Source: Thermoanaerobaculia bacterium (GTDB lineage Bacteria; Acidobacteriota; Thermoanaerobaculia; Multivoradales; Multivoraceae). Taken from it: a stretch of DNA of 64,000 bases. This document shows, piece after piece, positions 41,852 to 49,911 of this stretch; position 1 is the stretch's first letter, and every line of letters begins with the position of its first letter. The DNA lies in the NCBI GenBank assembly GCA_963664405.1, contig OY761158.1, positions 6,656,001 through 6,720,000 of the forward strand. The letters are read 5' to 3'. The translations under genes and the position numbers were made by a program. Below the pieces are notes generated by a model. It made no database searches. It was not told the origin of the DNA and saw only the letters and a list, made by a program, of their open reading frames with translations.

Positions 41852-43235
41852 ATGATGGTCAAGACCCAGAGTGTCGGAGTCGCGATTACTCTCGCCCTGC
41901 TCATGGCCTTGTTGCCGCTGCCGACTCTTGGGCAGACATTGAGTGAGCGTAGCGGCGACCGACGCGCCATCGAGTTTCCCTATACGGACGCCTACCAAAC
42001 GCTGGTGGTCGATCTACATACGCACTCCGTTTTCTCCGACGGGAATGTGTGGCCGAGCATCCGCATGCGAGAAGCTGCGCTCGATGGTCTCGACGCAATC
42101 GCTGTAACCGAGCACCTAGTGTCGTGTCCCAGAAATGCCTACCTAATAGCTCGGCCCCTTTCGCTCGCTGCCTTCGTTACGCCTCGCCGACAGATTTCCC
42201 AATATGCCTGCCTCGCCGCGCCTTGGCAGCGAACGAAATGACCTCGATCTATTAGGCAGGCATTTCCGGGACACGACACTAGAATGGCAGCCCCATCTCG
42301 AGGACATTCCCCACCCGGATCGGAATCGATCGTTCGAAGTGGCACTCGCCAGTTTGCCGGAGGGGTCTGAGCTGATGGTCATCGCGGGGTCGGAGATTAC
42401 TCGCAGCGCCCCCGTGGGTCACATGAACGCTGTCTTTATTCAAGACGCCAATGCGCTCTTCGAGGTGCGCTCGAATGTGTCAGAGCCATTTGATGCGAGC
42501 GACTACTACAGGCTTGCAGGGGCGTGGCCGGCTCAGGCGGCGGTCGACGCGGCCAATGACCAAGGCGCTTTCGTGTTCTGGAATCATTCGTGGAGCATCT
42601 CGCCTGACAGTAAGACTGTCGTTACCGAGTTTCAGCGCAACAACGCGGTGGGCGGCAAGCTGCATGGCATCGAAGTCGTCAATGGCGGAACCTACTCCGC
42701 CGAGTCATTCGAGATCGCACTCGATCTCGACCTCGCTCTCATCGGGGTTTCCGACGTTCACAACCTGATCGATTGGGACTACCAGCCCCATGCCGGCGGG
42801 CACCGGCCGGTCAACCTCGTTTTTGCGGAAGGAAGAAGCGTAAACGCTCTACGCGAGGCGCTATTCGCGCGCCGGACGGTCGTTTGGTACAAGAACCTAC
42901 TCATCGGCCGGCCGCGTGATCTGTCTCCCTTGCTGGACGCCTCACTGAAAGCGGTGAGTGCGCGCTACATCCCCAAAGGAAAGGAGGAGACCAGGGTGCT
43001 GACGGTGGTGTTGCGAAATCTCTCTGATGCACACTTTCAGCTCGATAGCCTGAGTGATCTGAGCCTGGTACGAAACCATGACCTGATCGAGATCGCTCCA
43101 CACTCCGAGACCACGCTGAACGTCCGCACCGGGGAGGAGTTATTAGATCGATTGACACTCGACTTCGAAGTCCTCAATGCCCTCACAGCCCCGAAGAGCC
43201 ATCCCGTGATCAGCTTCGATCTGACGATCGACTGA
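41852..43235 (+). pseudogene. secreted PHP-domain phosphoesterase frameshifted by a MITE insertion
   Basis: 5' part has a signal peptide, DLHTHSVFSDG and VTEH; 3' part has EWQPH, GSEIT, GHMN, WNH, GIEVVNG and SDVH. Removing 163 nt at CTAG restores one ORF of about 406 aa (..TEH-L-EWQPH..). Confidence 0.88.
42116..42282. mobile_element. miniature inverted-repeat element (159 bp between two CTAG copies)
   Basis: 34-bp terminal inverted repeats including the CTAGs (42116-42149 / 42249-42282, 2 mismatches); inner 14-bp IR (42159-42172 / 42225-42238); no transposase. Confidence 0.9.
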
Positions 43236-43259
43236 GCTCTTCGGCGCTTCAACTGTAGC

Positions 43260-44075
43260 TCAGGCTTCGATCCCGTCTTGCAGGGGCTCGAGGTAGCTCG
43301 CGAAAAGCTCCCGTGTCGCTCGGACCTTGTGGAGCGCGCCAGAGTCGATGAGCCTTCGGAGCGCATTGTCACCTTCCCGCGCCCCCCTTTGGACTCGCAG
43401 GATCGTGTGATCGGACGCCGCCAGCATCTGCAGCACGAAATCACGTCGGTCGTCGAGTCCGTAGGCATCAAGCAAGACGCGAACGCGCTGGATGCACAGT
43501 CTCAGCATCTCTGGGCTCAGGACACCCTGTTCAAAATCCAGGCTCTTGCGGGCCTGGGGGTCATGGACCGGGGCAAAGCTGTTTGCCACTTTCGCGAGCT
43601 CGAGCTTCGCGGTACCTGGCGCGGCAACATCCCAGTCGATGACTCGGATCTCTTGGTCCGGGCCAAGCACCAGGTTTCGGGGGGCGACGTCGAAGTGGCA
43701 GATAATCTGGTCCTGCGCCTGGGCGTCCCAGCTCATTCGCCATCGCGCGCCGGCGGGCTCGACAAAGTCGCTAACGGCTTGGTGGTAGCCACGCAGCCAT
43801 CGGCCCGTTTTCGCCAGAGTCTCTTCGCTCCATACCCACCCGGCCTGGGACTGGTCGGCCCCCCCTGCGCGACCCGGCAGGAACGAGAGTATCTCTCGGC
43901 CTTGCTCATCGATTCCGAGAACCCTCGGCGCTTGAAAGAAGCCTCGAGACTCGAGATGCCGGAGCAAGGCGTGGACCGCGGGTGTCCAGGGGCCGGTAGT
44001 GCGCCGCACGGTATCACCCACTCGCTCGACGTGGCTGAGACTCCCACCTTCCAGAGGTTGAGCTCTACTCTTCAC
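43260..44075 (-). CDS. aminoglycoside phosphotransferase / choline-kinase-like protein
   Basis: GDTVRR, HALLRHLE, APRVLG, ICHFDVAPRN (Brenner-type motif) and IDWD. Confidence 0.82.
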   Translation of the reverse strand: MKSRAQPLEGGSLSHVERVGDTVRRTTGPWTPAVHALLRHLESRGFFQAPRVLGIDEQGREILSFLPGRAGGADQSQAGWVWSEETLAKTGRWLRGYHQAVSDFVEPAGARWRMSWDAQAQDQIICHFDVAPRNLVLGPDQEIRVIDWDVAAPGTAKLELAKVANSFAPVHDPQARKSLDFEQGVLSPEMLRLCIQRVRVLLDAYGLDDRRDFVLQMLAASDHTILRVQRGAREGDNALRRLIDSGALHKVRATRELFASYLEPLQDGIEA

Positions 44076-44099
44076 TTTCGAGCGCGCGGAGTCAGCCGC

Positions 44100-44783
44100 T
44101 CAATCCCCGAGCTCGCACCGCAACTGGTGGAGGGCTTCTTCCAGGCGCGCGGTCGTAGAACGAAGCTCCTCCACCGAGCTCTCCACGGCCTGGAGGCGTT
44201 CCAGCGTCGATGGCCCCCGATCCCTCGATGCTTGCTCAAGCTCACTCCCTGGGCGCACATCGTCCGGAGCGTCGGGCGCGGACGGATCCACCGCCGCCAG
44301 TGAGTGCATCCAGCGGGTCTCCCGCTGGCCTGGGCGGCGCTCTTGCTCGTGCACCAGGACGTGGGGCTCCTCGGCGAGATCTTCGAGCTTCTGCAGCACG
44401 TCCTCGACAGTTTCGAAACGCTGCATTCGCTCCGTGCGTACTCTCAGCTCGCCGGGAGTTTGGGCGGCGCGGAGGAGGAGCTGAGTGATCAACGCCTTGC
44501 GAGATGGAGTGAGATGCCAGCGACGAGTGAGGCAATGCTCCCAGCGCTCCACTCGTGCCCCATCGCGCCGCTGAGTCAAGCCGTCGAAGCCCAGCCGATC
44601 CAGCGTTTCCACGACCTGGGTCTCAGTGAGCTCGGTCACCGGGTCGCGATTGCTCCTCTGATTGCAGGCGGCAATAAGTGCATTGACCGTGAGCGGGTAC
44701 TGGTCCTGGGTAGTCTGCTCTTTCTCGAGGAGAGCACCGAGGACGCGCATCTCGCAGGGGTCGAGTAGGCGAGTCTCTGGCAT
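44100..44783 (-). CDS. YceH family (DUF480) protein
   Basis: RVLGALLEKEQTT..YPLTVNAL..ACNQRSNRDPV and LLLRAAQTPGELR; C-terminal coiled coil. Confidence 0.9.
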   Translation of the reverse strand: MPETRLLDPCEMRVLGALLEKEQTTQDQYPLTVNALIAACNQRSNRDPVTELTETQVVETLDRLGFDGLTQRRDGARVERWEHCLTRRWHLTPSRKALITQLLLRAAQTPGELRVRTERMQRFETVEDVLQKLEDLAEEPHVLVHEQERRPGQRETRWMHSLAAVDPSAPDAPDDVRPGSELEQASRDRGPSTLERLQAVESSVEELRSTTARLEEALHQLRCELGD

Positions 44784-44788
44784 GGTGC

Positions 44789-45604
44789 CTAGTGGCTCAG
44801 GGCATAAACCACGATGTTCACTCCCATCGCATAGGCCACGGTCGAGTACTTTTCGAAATACTCCTCGCCGTAGGCTTCGCGCTCCCAGCCGTCGCCGATG
44901 TCGGTATTGTGAGTGGCAACCACCATCAATCTCCCCTCGTCGTCGAAGATACCGCGCAGATGGACGGGTGTCACAGGGGCGGCAGGATAGCGGTGAATCC
45001 ACTCCGGGTCGTGGCCAAGGTAGGCGAAATCCCTTGCCGGTACCTGGGGCGGATCGGTCAGCGGGAAAACCTCATTGAGTAACGGATGCCCGCTGGGAAT
45101 GTCCTGCCAAGCTCTTTCCGGAAAGATCTCGTCAAAGATACCGTCGAGGTTCTCCCACTCGGCCCAGCCCCAGAAATCGTCTACCCATAAGAAGCCCCCC
45201 TTGAGCAGATACTCGCGCAAGGCCTTCGCTTCCTGAAGGTTGAGCGCCATCCAGCCGGGGTCGCACATATACAGGAACGGAAAGTCGAAGACGTCGGCGT
45301 CGCTCAGCCGCCGAGTGACAGGCTTCAAGTGGGGCTTGACCGTCGTCAGCTCGTCGAAGCGGCGCAGGAAGTTCTGATCCGCCTGCGGAAAGTCCGTTTC
45401 CCATCTGAGCCAGTAACGTCCGTCGTAGAAGTAGAAGGACTCTCCGTAGCCTCCTACGCTGTCGTACTCGACCCGGACGAAGCTGAAGGCCGCTTCTTTG
45501 GACGGCGAGTTTTGCGGCGGGCTCGAGGCCGACTGACCCCAAAGTGTCGGGGCGAGGAGAGCGGCAATCGCCAACACCGCAGCGCGAAAAGCGGGCTCTG
45601 CCAT
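44789..45604 (-). CDS. secreted DUF4159 domain protein (paralogue 1)
   Basis: Signal peptide; WETDFPQAD, YLLKGGFLWVDDFWG, GRLMVVATHNTDIGDGWE and C-terminal YALSH. Confidence 0.88.
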   Translation of the reverse strand: MAEPAFRAAVLAIAALLAPTLWGQSASSPPQNSPSKEAAFSFVRVEYDSVGGYGESFYFYDGRYWLRWETDFPQADQNFLRRFDELTTVKPHLKPVTRRLSDADVFDFPFLYMCDPGWMALNLQEAKALREYLLKGGFLWVDDFWGWAEWENLDGIFDEIFPERAWQDIPSGHPLLNEVFPLTDPPQVPARDFAYLGHDPEWIHRYPAAPVTPVHLRGIFDDEGRLMVVATHNTDIGDGWEREAYGEEYFEKYSTVAYAMGVNIVVYALSH

Positions 45605-45738
45605 CGATAGTGTGCATTGTGGAGGATCGAAAGGGGTAAATCAACGGTGGACTCGGTCGCGTTGGCTGGAAGGAATCCCGTTTTCGCTGCCGGCCTTGCT
45701 CGCGGGCATGGCTCCCTGGTTGAGATAGCATCGAGGGC

Positions 45739-46623
45739 GTGAAGATGCCGTTCTCATTCGCCGTCTGTGCATCGCTCATCTCGGGCGCATCTTTGGCGCT
45801 GGTCGGTTGGAGCCAACTGGAGCTTGGCAGCGCTTTCGCGGCGAGTGCGGTCGCCAACCCCACCGCGAGCGCAGCCTCCGAGGACGAAGACGAGCGCTTC
45901 CTCCGAGAGGCCCGGGACGGTCTCGCTCGCTATTGGGCTCCGCCCAGCGATTCACATCGAGAGTTCTATTTCACGCGGGCGTTTTACAGCTCGGGGAGGA
46001 ACGACTTGTTCCGCGGCTTTCCCTCCTGGAGTGTCGATTTCCCCAAGGCGGATATTCAGTTCATGATGGGCGTCAAGCGCCTGGTCAACCATCTCGATGT
46101 TTACGAGGAACAGAACCCGGTGTCGCTGGCTGACCCCCAGCTCGCTCGCTACCCTTTCCTCTACGCCGTCGAGGTTGGCTACATGTCGCTGCGGGAGCCC
46201 GAGGTCCGCGGCCTGAGGGATTATCTGCAGCACGGCGGCTTTCTTGTAGTCGACGACTTTTGGGGCAGTCGTGAGTGGGCGAATTTCAGTCGTGAGATGC
46301 GACGGGTTCTCCCGGATCACCCGATTGTCGACGTCCCCTCGGACCATCCGGTGTTTCATTGCTTCTACGATGTCGAGGAGATCGTCCAAGTTCCCAATGT
46401 CGGCCAAGGTCGGTGGGGGGGGCCGACCTGGGAGAAAGACGGCTATGTGCCGCATCTGCGGGGTGTGCTCGATGACCATGGTCGGCTGATGGTCGCCATC
46501 AACTGGAATAGTGATCTCGGCGATGCATGGGAGTGGGCGGAGGACCCGTATTACCCGCTCAAATATTCGACCTATGCCTACCAGATGGGAGTGAATTTCA
46601 TCGTTTACGCGATGAGCCACTGA
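45739..46623 (+). CDS. secreted DUF4159 domain protein (paralogue 2)
   Basis: N-terminal hydrophobic segment; WSVDFPKAD, GGFLVVDDFWG, GRLMVAINWNSDLGDAWE and C-terminal YAMSH. Confidence 0.88.
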   Translation: MKMPFSFAVCASLISGASLALVGWSQLELGSAFAASAVANPTASAASEDEDERFLREARDGLARYWAPPSDSHREFYFTRAFYSSGRNDLFRGFPSWSVDFPKADIQFMMGVKRLVNHLDVYEEQNPVSLADPQLARYPFLYAVEVGYMSLREPEVRGLRDYLQHGGFLVVDDFWGSREWANFSREMRRVLPDHPIVDVPSDHPVFHCFYDVEEIVQVPNVGQGRWGGPTWEKDGYVPHLRGVLDDHGRLMVAINWNSDLGDAWEWAEDPYYPLKYSTYAYQMGVNFIVYAMSH

Positions 46624-46627
46624 CCCT

Positions 46628-48901
46628 ATGTCTGTCTTCGAGCTCCTCTTTAAGTACCCTCCCTCGACCTTCGCGGCAGGTAGCCTTCGATTCCTGCCCT
46701 CCTGGCCACTATTGCTCGCCGCCGCGGTCTGCCTCGTTGTCAGCTTGCCGGCTCTGGCTCGATATCGGCGTCAGCGCCGTGGTGGCACGCCAATCCTTAT
46801 CGGGCTGCGTGCGGGTACTCTGCTGCTCCTCTTTTTGTGCCTGGCGCGCCCCTCATTGGTGCTCTCGACGGTCGTTCCCCAGGAGAGCTTCGTGGGAGTG
46901 CTCCTCGACAGCTCTCGCAGCATGGGCGTAGCTGATGAGGGCGGCCTGCCGCGATCCACTGCAATGCTCGATCTGCTCGACCCCGAGGGCGGTGACCTCC
47001 TCGGGGCCCTTGAAGAACGCTTCAAGGTCCGATTGTTCACCTTTTCGCGCGATCTTCGCCGCGTTGCAAACCTCGAGGAAGTTAGCGTAAGTGGCGATTC
47101 GACCCGTCTTGGCGATGCCGTCTTGCGCGCCACCGACGAGCTCGCGGCGCTTCCTCTCGCCGGCTTGGTGGTGCTCAGCGATGGCGCCGACAACTCTGCA
47201 AGGCCCCTAGAGGACTCGCTGCTCGAGTTGAAGGCGAGAGGGGTCCCCGTCTTTACCGTGGGGTTCGGCGAGGAGAGATTCGCTCGCGATCTTCAAATCA
47301 GTCGTGTCGAGGCGCCACAGAGGGTGCTCGAGGGCTCGTCATTAGTGGTCGAAGTGACCGTAGAGCAGACCGGCTTCGGTGGCGAGACCGTAAACCTCGA
47401 AGTGATGGACGACGGAAGGATTGTCAGCTCCGAGGCTCTCCACTTCCCAGCGACCGGGGAGGCGGTGGTGAGTCGGGTCAGCTTTGTCGCCCAGGAAGCC
47501 GGCGCACGAGAGTTTCAGTTTCGCGTAGCGCCACAGCGAGAAGAGGCCGTGGTCGAAAACAACAAGCGCTCGACGCTGATCCAGGTGGATGATCGGGTAG
47601 AGAAGATCCTTTACTTCGAAGGAGAGCCGCGTTGGGGGGTCAAGTTCCTCCGCCGAGCGGTGGCCGATGACGAAAATCTGCAGCTGGTCGTATTACTGCG
47701 AACGGCCGAGAATCGTTTCTCCCGTTTCGGGCTCGACAACGAAGAAGAGCTCGCGGGAGGCTTCCCGACCACTCGCGAGGAGTTGTTTAGCTATCGGGGA
47801 CTCATTCTGGGTAGCATCGAAGCGAGCTTTTTTACTCATGATCAGTTGCGCATGATTGCAGACTTTGCCGGTGAGCGAGGCGGCGGTTTCATGATGCTGG
47901 GTGGAAGACGCTCCTTCAGTGAAGGCGGTTGGGCGGGAACACCAGTAGCGGAGATGCTGCCGGTGCAATTGGGGCCCGCCGCCGGCGGAGAAGGGGAGAC
48001 CTTTCGCGCCGAGCTTTCGATCGAGCTCACCCCCTGGGGGCGCAGTCATCCGGCGCTTCGACTGGCCGAGACCGAAGAAGCGTCCGCCCAGAGATGGCTG
48101 GAACTACCGCCTACGGGCACCTTCAACCCGCTCACGCGTTTAAAGCCTGGGGCTACGAGCCTCATAGTTGGGCAGGGAGTAGGCATTCCCGACCAGCAAA
48201 TTGTCCTTGCGCACCAGCGCTACGGCGCTGGACGCTCGCTCGCTTGGTCGATTCACGACTCTTGGCATTGGCAGATGAGTGCAGACATACCGGTCGAGGA
48301 CATGACTCACGAGACGCTGTGGCGTCAGCTACTGCGTTGGCTGGTCAGCTACGCGCCGCGAGCCGTAGAGCTCGAGACAACGGGGGCGCTCGTAGCCCCA
48401 GGCGGGGTTGTCGAGTTGGTCGCGTCAGTGGGCGACGAGAGCTTCGTTGCCGTCAATAACGCCCAGGTGGACGCCTTGGTCACCAGTCCCTCAGGAGAAG
48501 AGATCAACGTTCCGATGAGCTGGAGTGTCGAGAAGGACGGCGAGTATCGAGGAGAGCTCACGGCGACTGAAGAGGGGCGCTATCGAGTACGGCTCGATGC
48601 GGCGACCCGGGAATCCCACCTCGGTCAGGATGAAGGGTGGATCTTGGCAGCGACGCTCAACGAAGAGTTCTTCGACGCGGAGCTGCGGCCGGAATGGCTC
48701 CAGCGCCTTGCCAGCGAGACGGGCGGGGAGTACTTCCGGCCGGAGCAGGCTCGGCGTATCGTCGACGGCTTGGCAGTCAATCGCCAAGGCTCCACACTCA
48801 TCGAACGAAGAGATCTGTGGGACATGCCGATCCTATTCGTCTTGCTCGCCACCCTACTGACCCTGGAATGGGCATTGCGGCGAAGAGAGGGAATGGCGTG
48901 A
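46628..48901 (+). CDS. membrane protein with vWA, Ig-like and glutamine-amidotransferase-like domains
   Basis: Two N-terminal TMs; MIDAS DSSRSM...SDG; GGGFMMLGG, YGAGRS and LQRLASETGG; C-terminal TM followed by EWALRRR. Confidence 0.8.
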   Translation: MSVFELLFKYPPSTFAAGSLRFLPSWPLLLAAAVCLVVSLPALARYRRQRRGGTPILIGLRAGTLLLLFLCLARPSLVLSTVVPQESFVGVLLDSSRSMGVADEGGLPRSTAMLDLLDPEGGDLLGALEERFKVRLFTFSRDLRRVANLEEVSVSGDSTRLGDAVLRATDELAALPLAGLVVLSDGADNSARPLEDSLLELKARGVPVFTVGFGEERFARDLQISRVEAPQRVLEGSSLVVEVTVEQTGFGGETVNLEVMDDGRIVSSEALHFPATGEAVVSRVSFVAQEAGAREFQFRVAPQREEAVVENNKRSTLIQVDDRVEKILYFEGEPRWGVKFLRRAVADDENLQLVVLLRTAENRFSRFGLDNEEELAGGFPTTREELFSYRGLILGSIEASFFTHDQLRMIADFAGERGGGFMMLGGRRSFSEGGWAGTPVAEMLPVQLGPAAGGEGETFRAELSIELTPWGRSHPALRLAETEEASAQRWLELPPTGTFNPLTRLKPGATSLIVGQGVGIPDQQIVLAHQRYGAGRSLAWSIHDSWHWQMSADIPVEDMTHETLWRQLLRWLVSYAPRAVELETTGALVAPGGVVELVASVGDESFVAVNNAQVDALVTSPSGEEINVPMSWSVEKDGEYRGELTATEEGRYRVRLDAATRESHLGQDEGWILAATLNEEFFDAELRPEWLQRLASETGGEYFRPEQARRIVDGLAVNRQGSTLIERRDLWDMPILFVLLATLLTLEWALRRREGMA

Positions 48902-49911
48902 CCACTCGCCGTACGGCGGCGCTCTTCGCTATTGCGATCCTCGCGGGAGCTTCGACGGGTCATAGCTCCACCTTTCTCCTCGTCATCAGTGGACTCAGTG
49001 GTGACGACGAGTACCGCTCGCTCTTCGACCAGTGGTCCTTGGCTCTGCTTGACGGCGCGGTGGAGGCGGGGGTCCCGGCTGAGCGCCTCATCTATCTGGC
49101 CGAAGAGCCGGATAGATCTCCGGATCGCATATCGGCTGCTTCTAGTCGGCAAGAGGTGGAAGCCGCATTGAATCAGATTGCGGAGAGAGCTGGAGCGCAA
49201 GACGATGTTTGGGTGGTCATTTTTGGTCATGGTTCGGCTCGTGCCGGCGAGGCTCGCATCAATCTGCCGGGGCCAGATATGGGCGCCGAAGATTTCGCCC
49301 GGGCAGTCGAGCGGATTCAGCCTCGCAACTTGGTTTTGATCAATGCGACGAGCGCGAGCGGTGACTTCTTGGCGGCCCTCTCAGCGCCGGGCCGCACGGT
49401 CGTGACCGCGACACGCTCAGCCGCGGAGCGCCACGCTCCTGTATTCGGTAGGTACTTTGTCGAAAGCCTCGTCGGCAATCGGGGCGACGTCGACAAGGAC
49501 GAGCAGGTCTCTCTGCTCGAGGCCTTCGACTACGCTCGGGCCGAGGTCGAGCGCTCCTATAGCGACGACGGGCGTATGCTCACTGAGCACGCGATGCTCG
49601 ACGACAACGGTGACGGCAGCGGCAGTTTCGAGCCGAGTCTCGAAGAAGGCGGCGACGGCCTGGTCTCGAGCCGACTCTTTCTGTTCCGCGACGACGTCGC
49701 AGTGGCTGCCATGCCGAGCGAGCTTGCGGCTCTGCATCAGCGTAAGGAGAGTCTCGAGCTGCAGGTCGCGGAGCTGCGCCGGCAGCGCGAGGCGCTCGAC
49801 GTCACCGTTTACCAGCGAGAGCTCGAGACGGTACTCCTCGACCTGGCCGAAACCAGTGAGTCGATCTGGCAAATGGAAGGCAAGGGGAGTGTCGAGGAGG
49901 GGCGGCCATGA
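48898..49911 (+). CDS. secreted protein with caspase/legumain-like fold motifs and an EF-hand-like loop
   Basis: Signal peptide; VIFGHGS, INATSASG, VVTAT and DVDKDEQVSLLE; C-terminal coiled coil. GTG overlaps the upstream stop. Confidence 0.6.
   Translation: MTTRRTAALFAIAILAGASTGHSSTFLLVISGLSGDDEYRSLFDQWSLALLDGAVEAGVPAERLIYLAEEPDRSPDRISAASSRQEVEAALNQIAERAGAQDDVWVVIFGHGSARAGEARINLPGPDMGAEDFARAVERIQPRNLVLINATSASGDFLAALSAPGRTVVTATRSAAERHAPVFGRYFVESLVGNRGDVDKDEQVSLLEAFDYARAEVERSYSDDGRMLTEHAMLDDNGDGSGSFEPSLEEGGDGLVSSRLFLFRDDVAVAAMPSELAALHQRKESLELQVAELRRQREALDVTVYQRELETVLLDLAETSESIWQMEGKGSVEEGRP

Noticed and set aside
42204-43235. ORFs 41846-42241 and 42204-43235 as two independent genes
   Set aside because: They are the two halves of one PHP gene; the junction sequences come from the inserted element.
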